From a virus (taxonomy: Duplodnaviria > Caudoviricetes), in IMG/VR virus record IMGVR_UViG_3300021959_007005: a DNA stretch of 64,000 nucleotides; one strand, written 5' to 3'. Positions 8,445 to 16,790 of the stretch are shown piece after piece; position 1 is the first letter of the stretch; each line of letters starts with the position of its first letter. Below the pieces are notes generated by a model that was given only the letters and a program-made list of their open reading frames with translations, did not search any database and had not been told where the DNA came from. Position numbers and translations under genes: made by a program.

Positions 8445-8547
8445 TCCAGCCTGGTGGAAATGGTAGACACGGCGGACTGTTTATCCGTTGATTAATAACT
8501 CGCAAAGTATTTAATCGTGCATGGTTCGAATCCTGCGGCTGGAGCCA
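8445..8547 (+). tRNA. trnN: tRNA-Asn(GUU) with a 30-nt variable region (class II-like), CCA encoded
   Basis: Acceptor TCCAGCC/GGCTGGA, discriminator G, CCA. D-arm GTG-GAAATGGTAGA-CAC. Anticodon stem GCGGA/TCCGT with loop CT-GTT-TA. T-loop TTCGAAT. Confidence 0.85.
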
Positions 8548-8556
8548 AAACAAAAC

Positions 8557-8585
8557 TTGACAATACCCTCGATTGTTGCTATTAT
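8557..8585 (+). promoter_or_regulatory. sigma70-type early promoter
   Basis: TTGACA-N17-TATTAT upstream of rnh. Confidence 0.8.
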
Positions 8586-8612
8586 AGGTAGATAAACAAT
8601 TGAGGGTTATTC

Positions 8613-9593
8613 ATGACATATATTCTAGTAGACACAGCAAACATGTTTTTTCGTGCAAGGCATGTAGTACGTGGAGATGATATTGATACCAAAATTGGTA
8701 TGGCATATCACATTATGTTTGCAAGTATTTTAAAAGCATATAGAGACTTTAACGGCAGTCATGTTGTATTCTGTTTAGAAGGACGCAGTTGGCGTAAAGA
8801 CTTTTATGAGCCTTACAAAGCTAATCGCAAAGTAGCTCGTGATGCACTTACTCCTAAGGAAGAGGAAGAAGATAAGGCATATTGGGAAGCATTTGACAAT
8901 CTTAAAGAGTTTATGGAAACTCGAACAAATTGCACAGTACTGCAACACAAACAATGTGAAGCAGATGACTTTATTGCTCGTTGGATACAGAATCATCCTG
9001 ATGATGAACATGTTATTATTAGTAGCGATAGTGACTTTTATCAGTTACTCACAGACAAAGTAACACAGTACAATGGAATTAGTAATCAGCATATTAAAAT
9101 AGATGGCGTTGTAAATGATCGTGGCAAGCCTGTAATTGACAAGAAAACTAAAGAGCAAAAACAAATTGGTGATCCCAGTTGGTTGCTGTTTGAAAAGTGT
9201 ATGAGAGGCGATAGCAGTGATAACGTGTTTAGTGCTTTTCCAGGTGTTCGTAAAAAAGGTACAAAAAACAAAGTTGGTCTACTTGAGGCATTTGCTGATA
9301 AAGATGCAAAAGGCTTTGACTGGAACAATATGATGCTACAACGTTGGGTGGATCATAATGGTGATGAACATCGAGTACTAGATGATTATCTACGTAATGT
9401 AACTCTAGTTGATCTCACACAACAACCTGACGACATTAAAGTAGCATTGGATGATGTTATCACTTCACAAGTACAGGCTACTCCAGTTAGTGGTGTAGGT
9501 ATTCATTTTATGCGGTTTTGTGGAACATATGATTTACAACGTATCAGCGATAACTCTCAAGCACATGCAGAATATTTAAATGCAGCCTACTGA
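8613..9593 (+). CDS. rnh: T4-like RNase H / 5'-3' exonuclease (FEN family)
   Basis: ILVDTANMFFR, WRKDFY..YKANR, EADDFIA, IISSDSDFYQL, GDSSDNV..FPGV. Confidence 0.92.
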   Translation: MTYILVDTANMFFRARHVVRGDDIDTKIGMAYHIMFASILKAYRDFNGSHVVFCLEGRSWRKDFYEPYKANRKVARDALTPKEEEEDKAYWEAFDNLKEFMETRTNCTVLQHKQCEADDFIARWIQNHPDDEHVIISSDSDFYQLLTDKVTQYNGISNQHIKIDGVVNDRGKPVIDKKTKEQKQIGDPSWLLFEKCMRGDSSDNVFSAFPGVRKKGTKNKVGLLEAFADKDAKGFDWNNMMLQRWVDHNGDEHRVLDDYLRNVTLVDLTQQPDDIKVALDDVITSQVQATPVSGVGIHFMRFCGTYDLQRISDNSQAHAEYLNAAY

Positions 9594-10089
9594 TACGTAT
9601 AAATATAATGCGAAGAGTGTTATAGAAGATAGTTTCTGGATTGTAGAAAATCGTGGTAATCGAGTTGGAACAATTAGAAAAAATTTAGATAGCTATACGT
9701 TTTATAATACTTTAGAAAAGACAGAAACGTTAGTGGATATCAAAGACTTTAATATTACAACTATTACTACAAAGACTACAAGTAACAATCAATCAGTATT
9801 AGGGTTTCCAACTAACCAGGATATAGTGTATAACGGTCAGCTACTAGATAATGTGCCTGCTTACACAAAGACACCCAAAAGCAACACATATTTTGTGGCT
9901 GGGTATTGGGCATTATTATTTGCTACAGGATGGAGGCCGAGCTTTTGTCCAAGACATAAAACACAGCAAGGTTACACTAGCTTAGGACCATTTAAAAACG
10001 AAGCTGACATGCATCTTGCTATAAAAAGACAAGGATCGGATTATGAAACTCTTACTAGCAGGAGCAATAGCACTACTACCAGTTATTAG
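9580..10089 (+). CDS. Hypothetical phage protein
   Basis: ORF overlapping the end of rnh. Confidence 0.65.
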   Translation: MQPTDTYKYNAKSVIEDSFWIVENRGNRVGTIRKNLDSYTFYNTLEKTETLVDIKDFNITTITTKTTSNNQSVLGFPTNQDIVYNGQLLDNVPAYTKTPKSNTYFVAGYWALLFATGWRPSFCPRHKTQQGYTSLGPFKNEADMHLAIKRQGSDYETLTSRSNSTTTSY

Positions 10090-10423
10090 TGTTGCACAAG
10101 AAAAACCCAAAGCTCTAAAATCGCCAACTGCGAAAACATTTTTTGCTACACAAGCATGTGACAATGTCATAACAATGACAGATCTAGTAGTGGAAAAATA
10201 CAGAGAACAACCATTATTTAAAGCAATGGGTCTGCAATTTTCTGCACAAGATGGAAAGGCATATGCTGGCAGTATGATGATGTTTGTTAATCAGGACACC
10301 GGATCATGGAGTTTGATTACACTATACCCAGACGGTACTGGATGTATGGTTGCTACTGGTAGAGAGTTTGAACCTTATAGTGGACCTAAAATTAATCCTT
10401 CTAAAAAGGAATATACTCCATAA
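10043..10423 (+). CDS. Hypothetical exported protein (signal peptide)
   Basis: MKLLLAGAIALLPVISVAQE has the form of a Sec signal. Two Cys residues. Preceded by AAGGA. Confidence 0.7.
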   Translation: MKLLLAGAIALLPVISVAQEKPKALKSPTAKTFFATQACDNVITMTDLVVEKYREQPLFKAMGLQFSAQDGKAYAGSMMMFVNQDTGSWSLITLYPDGTGCMVATGREFEPYSGPKINPSKKEYTP

Positions 10424-10611
10424 TGTGGACATTAGTTTTTATATACTTCTATGAAATAACACCTTATGTAGAGTTAATAAGCACCCATACCAATATGGTA
10501 GAGTGTTTCCAAGCAAGAGAAGAGTTAAGTGAATTTCATGGTATGGGAGGTGGCTATTTCAAACCAGAACAGCAAGCCATATGTATTAACATGAATGGGT
10601 CAGATATATAA
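10423..10611 (+). CDS. Small hypothetical protein (hydrophobic N-terminus, two Cys)
   Basis: TAATG coupling to the upstream gene. Confidence 0.65.
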   Translation: MWTLVFIYFYEITPYVELISTHTNMVECFQAREELSEFHGMGGGYFKPEQQAICINMNGSDI

Positions 10612-10681
10612 TTTAAATATCACAATTATATGGTGTTTTAACTAAATACATTAAAGCAGTATACAATGATGGAATTTAAAA

Positions 10682-10993
10682 ATGGCAAGACCTAAACCAA
10701 AAATATTAATGGAATTTACCGACCCTAAAAGTTATCGTAGCGAACAGATACTAGATGCAGATGCTATCTATGCAGTGTTTCATAATAACAAACCTATTAA
10801 TTTGCGTAGCTTAAATAGCTTAGTAAATTTTCCAGGACCTAAATATAAAAAAGTTAGCTTTAGTAATAGCGGCCATGCTTTCAACTTAGCAACTCGATTA
10901 AACAAGTTATTTAAAACAGATTCATTTACAGTAGTAAAGTTACTCGAGGGACAGACAGTAATAGAGAAAGATGACAACGGAAGCCTTTTATAA
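10682..10993 (+). CDS. Hypothetical phage protein
   Basis: ORF MARPKPKILM..., with a late-like CTAAATA at 10642-10648. Confidence 0.75.
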   Translation: MARPKPKILMEFTDPKSYRSEQILDADAIYAVFHNNKPINLRSLNSLVNFPGPKYKKVSFSNSGHAFNLATRLNKLFKTDSFTVVKLLEGQTVIEKDDNGSLL

Positions 10994-11333
10994 TAGCATA
11001 CTAACACATGCAAAAAATTCACATTGGGCTGACGAGAATATTTCATTACGTAATCTGTTTAAAAATTATCGTAATAATAGCGGTCTTAGTTTAACTAGGC
11101 TTGGACTTCGTATAATGCAAGATATGGGCATAGAATACGAAACATTTAAAAGTAATGATGAAATTAAATTTACTGCAAAATTTAGAATTGTCATGGACAG
11201 ATATAATCAATATCCATATTACTTTACTAAGAATCAGTTAATATTATTTGGTAGTGAAGATCGTATAATGTATAAATTATATGGTAAAAATCTTGATGCA
11301 TGGATCGAACATATGGAAGAACAATTGAATTAA
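10971..11333 (+). CDS. Hypothetical phage protein
   Basis: Overlaps the upstream gene. Confidence 0.7.
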   Translation: MTTEAFYNSILTHAKNSHWADENISLRNLFKNYRNNSGLSLTRLGLRIMQDMGIEYETFKSNDEIKFTAKFRIVMDRYNQYPYYFTKNQLILFGSEDRIMYKLYGKNLDAWIEHMEEQLN

Positions 11334-11347
11334 TTTCATTTCTGCTA

Positions 11348-11376
11348 TTGACACTTGGATATATTGGTGCTATAAG
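11348..11376 (+). promoter_or_regulatory. sigma70-type early promoter
   Basis: TTGACA-N17-TATAAG with TG at -15/-14. Confidence 0.75.
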
Positions 11377-11405
11377 CCAAATATACGTTAACAAGGAGAG
11401 TTGAA

Positions 11406-11825
11406 ATGGTACTTGAAGCAAAACTAGTTAATTATATTTTAGCCCAGCATGCCGAAGCAGATGCATTTGAAGCAGAAGCTCCAGGTAATTGGATGGGCCG
11501 TTTGCCATCACCACAAGATACTGCATACTGGACCGCCCGTGTCCCAACTGGAACGTTTGCAGAGTTTAATCGTATTGAACTTGAAGAGTCAGCATATTAT
11601 GCAACCGCAGATGCTTACAGTAAGTCATATGCTCGTAGCTTTGATTTCTCAACTATGTCAGATGCCCAGTTGGAAGCTGTTATTACAGAAGCATGTAATG
11701 AAATGGATTACCAGCATAAAGCTGAAGAAGCTTATAAAAAAGCTGAAGAACTTAAAATGACAGAACTTGCAAATTCACTTAACGTAGATATGAATACTCT
11801 TAACAGATGGATGGAGGCAGCATAA
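11406..11825 (+). CDS. Early hypothetical protein
   Basis: AAGGAGAG RBS, downstream of an early promoter. Confidence 0.8.
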   Translation: MVLEAKLVNYILAQHAEADAFEAEAPGNWMGRLPSPQDTAYWTARVPTGTFAEFNRIELEESAYYATADAYSKSYARSFDFSTMSDAQLEAVITEACNEMDYQHKAEEAYKKAEELKMTELANSLNVDMNTLNRWMEAA

Positions 11826-12034
11826 TGACCGAATATGATGAAATACATGGTGGACCGTTTGATAGGGGGAGTGCAGATAGTTATTACCGACGTCCACCAG
11901 AACCACATTATTATCCGCAAGGAACGTATACTGGACAGAGAATTGAAGAACATCAAATGACACCAGAACAAATTAAAGCATATTGTGCTGGTTTTGATGA
12001 TAATGAAGCTAACGGCGTGTATAAGGAGTGGTAA
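11825..12034 (+). CDS. Small hypothetical phage protein (HGGPFDRGSADSYY)
   Basis: GGAGG RBS and TAATG coupling; start moved to 11825. Confidence 0.75.
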   Translation: MTEYDEIHGGPFDRGSADSYYRRPPEPHYYPQGTYTGQRIEEHQMTPEQIKAYCAGFDDNEANGVYKEW

Positions 12035-12035
12035 A

Positions 12036-12284
12036 ATGTTCGATACATTAAATTTTAAACCAGTTCGTGAAGGACATTGGCAAGCAAAGGAACAGTTTGG
12101 CAAATACCAGTTGAGTATTGTTTTACTACCTGGAAAAACTTTATATGAAGCTGCCATATTTAAAGATGGTGATTTTGTACAATTGCCAGGTATCAACTAT
12201 GATGACGATGTTATTCCAGGCTTGACAAAGAATATGGTAACTGCTATTATGCAAAAATTGGAACTTATAAAAATAGCAAGTTAA
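12036..12284 (+). CDS. Hypothetical protein
   Basis: AAGGAG RBS; start moved to 12036. Confidence 0.7.
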   Translation: MFDTLNFKPVREGHWQAKEQFGKYQLSIVLLPGKTLYEAAIFKDGDFVQLPGINYDDDVIPGLTKNMVTAIMQKLELIKIAS

Positions 12285-12494
12285 ATGAAACCTAAATGGG
12301 CGGCATGTGTTGGACTTAGTAGAATTGGTGACAGTCGTTGGCCATGGAAACAACAACGAACAGAATGTTGGAATGATATGGTGCACCGTCCGTATCCATA
12401 TTATTTAAGATTAGTACCAAATCGATGGATATGGTATACTATTCGTGGAGCAAAAGTCTGCTTTTGGAAAAGAAAAAGAAAGGATATGAAATGA
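12285..12494 (+). CDS. Small Trp-rich basic hypothetical protein
   Basis: Abuts both neighbours. Confidence 0.5.
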   Translation: MKPKWAACVGLSRIGDSRWPWKQQRTECWNDMVHRPYPYYLRLVPNRWIWYTIRGAKVCFWKRKRKDMK

Positions 12495-12898
12495 CACCTG
12501 TATTATATATTTTGATGAGAACTGATTTGGGTTCAATGAATCCTGGTAAAGCTATGGCTCAAGCCAGTCATGCTAGTAATGCATTTGTACATTCAGCAGA
12601 GCCTGGATACAATGTAGATGAAAAACTGTTTGAAGAATGGCGACAGTCAACAACACAAGGTTTTGGTACTGTGTTGGTACTTGGTGTAAATGAAGCTCAA
12701 ATGAGAACCGCAGTTGATGTTGTGTTCAATTGTGGTGTAGATAAGTTTCCATGTGATATTATACATGATCCAACTTACCCACTACAAGATGGCGACACCA
12801 CACATTTTATTCCTGTGGACACTTGTGGTTATATATTTGGAGATAAAGATAACGTATTATTGCAATCAATATTAGGAAACTTTGAATTACACTATTGA
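12491..12898 (+). CDS. Peptidyl-tRNA hydrolase type 2 (Pth2)-like protein
   Basis: LYILMRTDLGSMNPGKAMAQASHA, TVLVL, IHD..T. Confidence 0.7.
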   Translation: MTPVLYILMRTDLGSMNPGKAMAQASHASNAFVHSAEPGYNVDEKLFEEWRQSTTQGFGTVLVLGVNEAQMRTAVDVVFNCGVDKFPCDIIHDPTYPLQDGDTTHFIPVDTCGYIFGDKDNVLLQSILGNFELHY

Positions 12899-12923
12899 CA
12901 ATAGTTTATAATGGCCTTATAAG
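12895..12923 (+). promoter_or_regulatory. sigma70-type early promoter
   Basis: TTGACA-N17-TATAAG. Confidence 0.7.
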
Positions 12924-12958
12924 CAAAGAGTAAGTTAACACAAACTAGGAGAAATAAA

Positions 12959-13225
12959 ATGGTAGATATGAATACAGCAATTAATCAAGTTCGTAATATG
13001 GATTCAGCTCAACTTAATGAAATGATTGCAGAAATTAAATTACGCCGGAATTATATTTCCAGTACTACTGCCCGTAGTTTAGTTAAAGGCGCAAAAGTAC
13101 AATTTACAGGCCGGGGTGGTGAAGTTATAACTGGCACTGTTACCAAAGTTAATCAGAAAACTGTTGTTGTAGACGCAGGCGTGATTAAGTGGAAAGTTAC
13201 TGCAAGCATGTTAACACAAATTTAA
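12959..13225 (+). CDS. Early hypothetical protein with an SH3/KOW-like C-terminus
   Basis: AGGAG RBS; KVQFTGRGG..ITGTVTKVNQKTVVV. Confidence 0.75.
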   Translation: MVDMNTAINQVRNMDSAQLNEMIAEIKLRRNYISSTTARSLVKGAKVQFTGRGGEVITGTVTKVNQKTVVVDAGVIKWKVTASMLTQI

Positions 13226-13229
13226 TAAT

Positions 13230-13266
13230 ATAGGGGCTTGACACTCAAGCCCCTATTTGCTATGAT
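13230..13266 (+). promoter_or_regulatory. sigma70 promoter whose -35 lies inside a perfect 12-bp inverted repeat (may also be a terminator)
   Basis: ATAGGGGCTTGA-CAC-TCAAGCCCCTAT. TTGACA at 13238, N17, TATGAT at 13261. Confidence 0.75.
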
Positions 13267-13289
13267 TACGTGTAACGAAGGAGAAAACA

Positions 13290-13691
13290 ATGTTAGATTC
13301 AGTAGTAAAATTTGAAGATGTAGACGAAACAGTTTTGTGGGACGAATGGTTTGATGAAATTTGTATTCACACCGCTGACCTCCAAGAAGAACTAGGATAC
13401 GACACTATTTGGAGCATTAGCGAAACAGGCTGTGCTGGTCTAGACCATAAGATTTTTAATGGCGAAAACTACTTGGTACATTACCGTTGCATTAAAGAAA
13501 TTAATAGCATGGATGATGTAACATACGTTGGTTATACTGCCGTTGCTAAAGATGGTTCAATTGGAGAGCTTTGGAAAGCTGCTGAAAGTTGCTTCCAACA
13601 AGCCCAAGCACACAACAGTGATTGGCATCACTTCATTGAAGACTTTGAAATGAAAGATGATGGAACACTAGAATTAATTACGGGATCATAA
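13290..13691 (+). CDS. Early acidic hypothetical protein
   Basis: AAGGAG RBS. Confidence 0.75.
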   Translation: MLDSVVKFEDVDETVLWDEWFDEICIHTADLQEELGYDTIWSISETGCAGLDHKIFNGENYLVHYRCIKEINSMDDVTYVGYTAVAKDGSIGELWKAAESCFQQAQAHNSDWHHFIEDFEMKDDGTLELITGS

Positions 13692-13728
13692 TTAAGGTGT
13701 TGACACTTTAATTGTAACCTGCTAATCT
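13690..13728 (+). promoter_or_regulatory. sigma70 promoter with the -35 at the apex of an inverted repeat
   Basis: AATTAAGGTGT-TG-ACACTTTAATT. TTGACA at 13700, N17, TAATCT at 13723. Confidence 0.65.
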
Positions 13729-13759
13729 AGTAAAGTAATATAAAACAGAGGAAAATAAA

Positions 13760-14860
13760 ATGTTAGATACTACTGAAACCCGTAGCGTTAAATTAAGTGA
13801 AGTAAGCAAGTATGCAAAGCATCACTTTAAAACTAAACGTCCCATGTTTGTTTGGGGACCTCCAGGAATCGGAAAATCAGAAACATTTCAACAGATTGTA
13901 GCAGATTACAATAAAAGTGGTAAAAAGGCAAAACTTATTGATTGTCGTTTAGCACTATGGGATCCAACAGATCTCAAAGGTTATCCTTACTATGATCCAG
14001 AATCAAATAAGATGAAATTCAGTGCGCCTGATGAACTTCCAGATGAAGAGATGGCTGCCGAATACGATATTATTGTATTATTCTTAGACGAACTTAATGG
14101 TGCCGCACCAGCAACGCAAGCCGCAGCATATCAGTTGATCCTTAATCGTGCAATTGGTAAATATAAACTGCCAGACAATGTAGTAATTGCCGCGGCAGGC
14201 AACCGTGAGACAGACAAGGGTGTTACATATCGTATGCCTAAGCCACTGGCTAATCGCTTCTTACATTACGAAGTACGTGTAGAATTTCATGATTGGTTTG
14301 ACTGGGCTGTACGTAATCATATACATCCTGATGTTGTAGGATATGTGACTACATTTAAAGAAGATCTTTATAACTTTGATCCAGGCTCAAGTGAGCGTAG
14401 TTTTGCAACACCACGTAGTTGGACTTTTGTAAGTGAAACAATCGAAGACGTAGAAGATTTTACTGAGGAAGAAGTAACTGATATGGTTGCTGCTGGTATT
14501 GGTGAAGGCATTGCACTAAAGTTTAAAGCACATCGTGAGATTGCTGGACAACTTCCTAATCCAAGTGATATACTTTCAGGAAGCGTAACAGAGTTAAATA
14601 CTGATAATATTAGTGCTAAATATAGCTTAACGACTGCACTATGTTACGAACTTAAATCAGCATTTGATAATGATGAAGAAGAGAAGCACAAATGGTTTGA
14701 TAATTTCTTAGCATTTATCCAAGCAAACTTTGAAGCAGAAATGGTTGTTATGGCTACTACTATTGCTCTTAGCAAATATGGTATACGTGTAAAGTTTAAC
14801 CAACTTAATAACTACAAGCCATTTATTGCAAAATATGGAAAACTTATTGAACAGGCGTAA
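13760..14860 (+). CDS. MoxR-like AAA+ ATPase
   Basis: Walker A WGPPGIGKS, Walker B LFLDELN, AAGNRETD, LANRF. Confidence 0.9.
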   Translation: MLDTTETRSVKLSEVSKYAKHHFKTKRPMFVWGPPGIGKSETFQQIVADYNKSGKKAKLIDCRLALWDPTDLKGYPYYDPESNKMKFSAPDELPDEEMAAEYDIIVLFLDELNGAAPATQAAAYQLILNRAIGKYKLPDNVVIAAAGNRETDKGVTYRMPKPLANRFLHYEVRVEFHDWFDWAVRNHIHPDVVGYVTTFKEDLYNFDPGSSERSFATPRSWTFVSETIEDVEDFTEEEVTDMVAAGIGEGIALKFKAHREIAGQLPNPSDILSGSVTELNTDNISAKYSLTTALCYELKSAFDNDEEEKHKWFDNFLAFIQANFEAEMVVMATTIALSKYGIRVKFNQLNNYKPFIAKYGKLIEQA

Positions 14861-14862
14861 AA

Positions 14863-15537
14863 ATGCAAACAATTCGATTTAAAAACCCAATACCAGAAAC
14901 AGACTTTGCACCCCAATGGAACTTTACCATTGGGGTTTGGAATTTCTTAGATTCAGATAATCTGAAAATAATTCGTGAATTTCTGATATCAAAAGAAGCA
15001 GATATACTTGACTTACCAAGTAATGGAGACGCTGGTACTGGAGTAGATGACAATTCGATAACTACACGATTTGGATCGTATAACTTATTTGATTTTGTGG
15101 ACCAATGCCCAGAACTAGATATACTTTTGGATTGGTTAAGAACATCATATATGGAATTTATACAACATGAAAGTTCTGAGATATGTGAATGTGAGATTGT
15201 ATGCTGGTACAATATACTCAGAGATGGCGAAGGAATGGATGAACATATACATAATGGTACCAATAATGCGTACCTTAGTGGCAATATTCAAATGAGTGAA
15301 TTTGATACTCAAACAAATTACCGATCTCCAATGTCTGATGAAAATGTACAAATAAATGGGCCAAGTGGTCAATTAATAATGTTTCCTAGTTTTGTACCTC
15401 ATGGTGTGAATCACGAATATCAAGGCGAAAGAATTAGTATAGCATTTGATTTATATCCAACACATTTAATAAATGATAATGGAGGGAGTCATAAAAAATT
15501 TATTGATGAAGATATCTTTAAAAGGTTGACATCATAG
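14863..15537 (+). CDS. Putative 2OG-Fe(II) oxygenase
   Basis: CWYNIL, EHIH, YLSG, GQLIMFPSFVPHGV, ERISIAF. Confidence 0.8.
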   Translation: MQTIRFKNPIPETDFAPQWNFTIGVWNFLDSDNLKIIREFLISKEADILDLPSNGDAGTGVDDNSITTRFGSYNLFDFVDQCPELDILLDWLRTSYMEFIQHESSEICECEIVCWYNILRDGEGMDEHIHNGTNNAYLSGNIQMSEFDTQTNYRSPMSDENVQINGPSGQLIMFPSFVPHGVNHEYQGERISIAFDLYPTHLINDNGGSHKKFIDEDIFKRLTS

Positions 15538-15553
15538 TAAATAATGCTATAAT
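15526..15553 (+). promoter_or_regulatory. sigma70-type promoter overlapping the 3' end of the oxygenase gene
   Basis: TTGACA-N16-TATAAT with TG extension. Confidence 0.65.
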
Positions 15554-15581
15554 ATAATGGTAACCAGAACAGGAGTTCATT

Positions 15582-16790
15582 ATGGAATATTCAAACGCTC
15601 GAGAAAAACTGCAAGCCGCACGTATTAAAATGCTATTTCAACAGCCGTTTTTTGGTAACATTGCCTGTCGTTTAACGTTGGTAGAAGAAGATCCAGATGG
15701 TTGGTGCAATACAGCCGCTACAGACGGACGCAACTTTTATTATAATCCAGAATTTGTAATGCAACTGGATATTGAGGAAACTGTATTTCTAGTTGGACAT
15801 GAGCTTGGACATTGTATATATGAACACTTTTTACGTGTAGGAGATCGTAATAAATCGTATTGGAATATGGCTGGCGACTATAAAATTAATGCTATGCTAG
15901 TTAAAGAAAAAATTGGACGTCTTATTACTACAGTAAAAGTACTATTTGATCCGATGTTTGCAAGTGATGATTGGTGGACTGAAACTGTATATGATTATTT
16001 GATGAAGACTAAACCACCAGTTGAAATGCCATTGGATATACATTTGGATATGGATGGTGATGGAGACGGGAATAAACAAGACGGCAAAGCAAAAGGCAAA
16101 CCTACTATTAGTAAGGAAGACGCTAAAGCAATTAGTGACGAACTTAAAAATGCAGTTATACAAGCGGCACAGGCAGTAGGTGCAGGAAATGTACCAGCAG
16201 ATATTAAGCGGATGATTGGACAACTTACTGCACCTAAGATGGATTGGCGGCAATTAATTCGTGTTAGTTTAGAAAGTAATGTTCAAAGTGATTTTACTTT
16301 TATGACACCAAATCGTAAAAGTCAGTTTAGCAGTTGCGTAATTCCAGGTATGGTAAATGATCAAGAGATTGATATCTGCATTGCACTGGATGTAAGTGGT
16401 TCTATTAGTATGCGAGACATAACTGACTTCATGAGTGAAGTACAAGGAATTATGGATCAGTTTACTAGCTATAAAATTCGGGTATGGTGTTTTGATACTA
16501 ATGTTACTGGTTATGATGAATTTACAAGTGATGATGGTCGTAGTATTACTGAATATCAGATTAGAGGTGGCGGAGGCACTGACTTTGTTGCTAATTGGGA
16601 TTATATGAAAAAACATGATATCGAACCAGATCAGTTTATTATGTTTACAGATGGTGAGCCTTGGAGAAGTTGGGGCGATAAAGACTACTGTGATACTATA
16701 TTCCTTATTAAAAATAGCTTTAGTAAGCCAGTAGCACCATTTGGTCAAAGTGTATATTATGAAAGTGCAAAAGTTAAAGAAGCAGCATGA
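15582..16790 (+). CDS. DUF2201-type metallopeptidase-VWA domain protein (MoxR partner)
   Basis: TAATDG, HELGH (HExxH), WNMAGDYKIN, VWA MIDAS LDVSGS, GGGGTDF, FTDG. Confidence 0.88.
   Translation: MEYSNAREKLQAARIKMLFQQPFFGNIACRLTLVEEDPDGWCNTAATDGRNFYYNPEFVMQLDIEETVFLVGHELGHCIYEHFLRVGDRNKSYWNMAGDYKINAMLVKEKIGRLITTVKVLFDPMFASDDWWTETVYDYLMKTKPPVEMPLDIHLDMDGDGDGNKQDGKAKGKPTISKEDAKAISDELKNAVIQAAQAVGAGNVPADIKRMIGQLTAPKMDWRQLIRVSLESNVQSDFTFMTPNRKSQFSSCVIPGMVNDQEIDICIALDVSGSISMRDITDFMSEVQGIMDQFTSYKIRVWCFDTNVTGYDEFTSDDGRSITEYQIRGGGGTDFVANWDYMKKHDIEPDQFIMFTDGEPWRSWGDKDYCDTIFLIKNSFSKPVAPFGQSVYYESAKVKEAA

Noticed and set aside
8445-8547. Reading the tRNA as Leu/Ser, or the extra arm as an intron
   Set aside because: The 7-nt loop centred on GTT is unambiguous. 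The insert lies in the variable region, not the anticodon loop, and is far too short for a self-splicing intron. A charging identity other than Asn is still possible and is listed as a finding.
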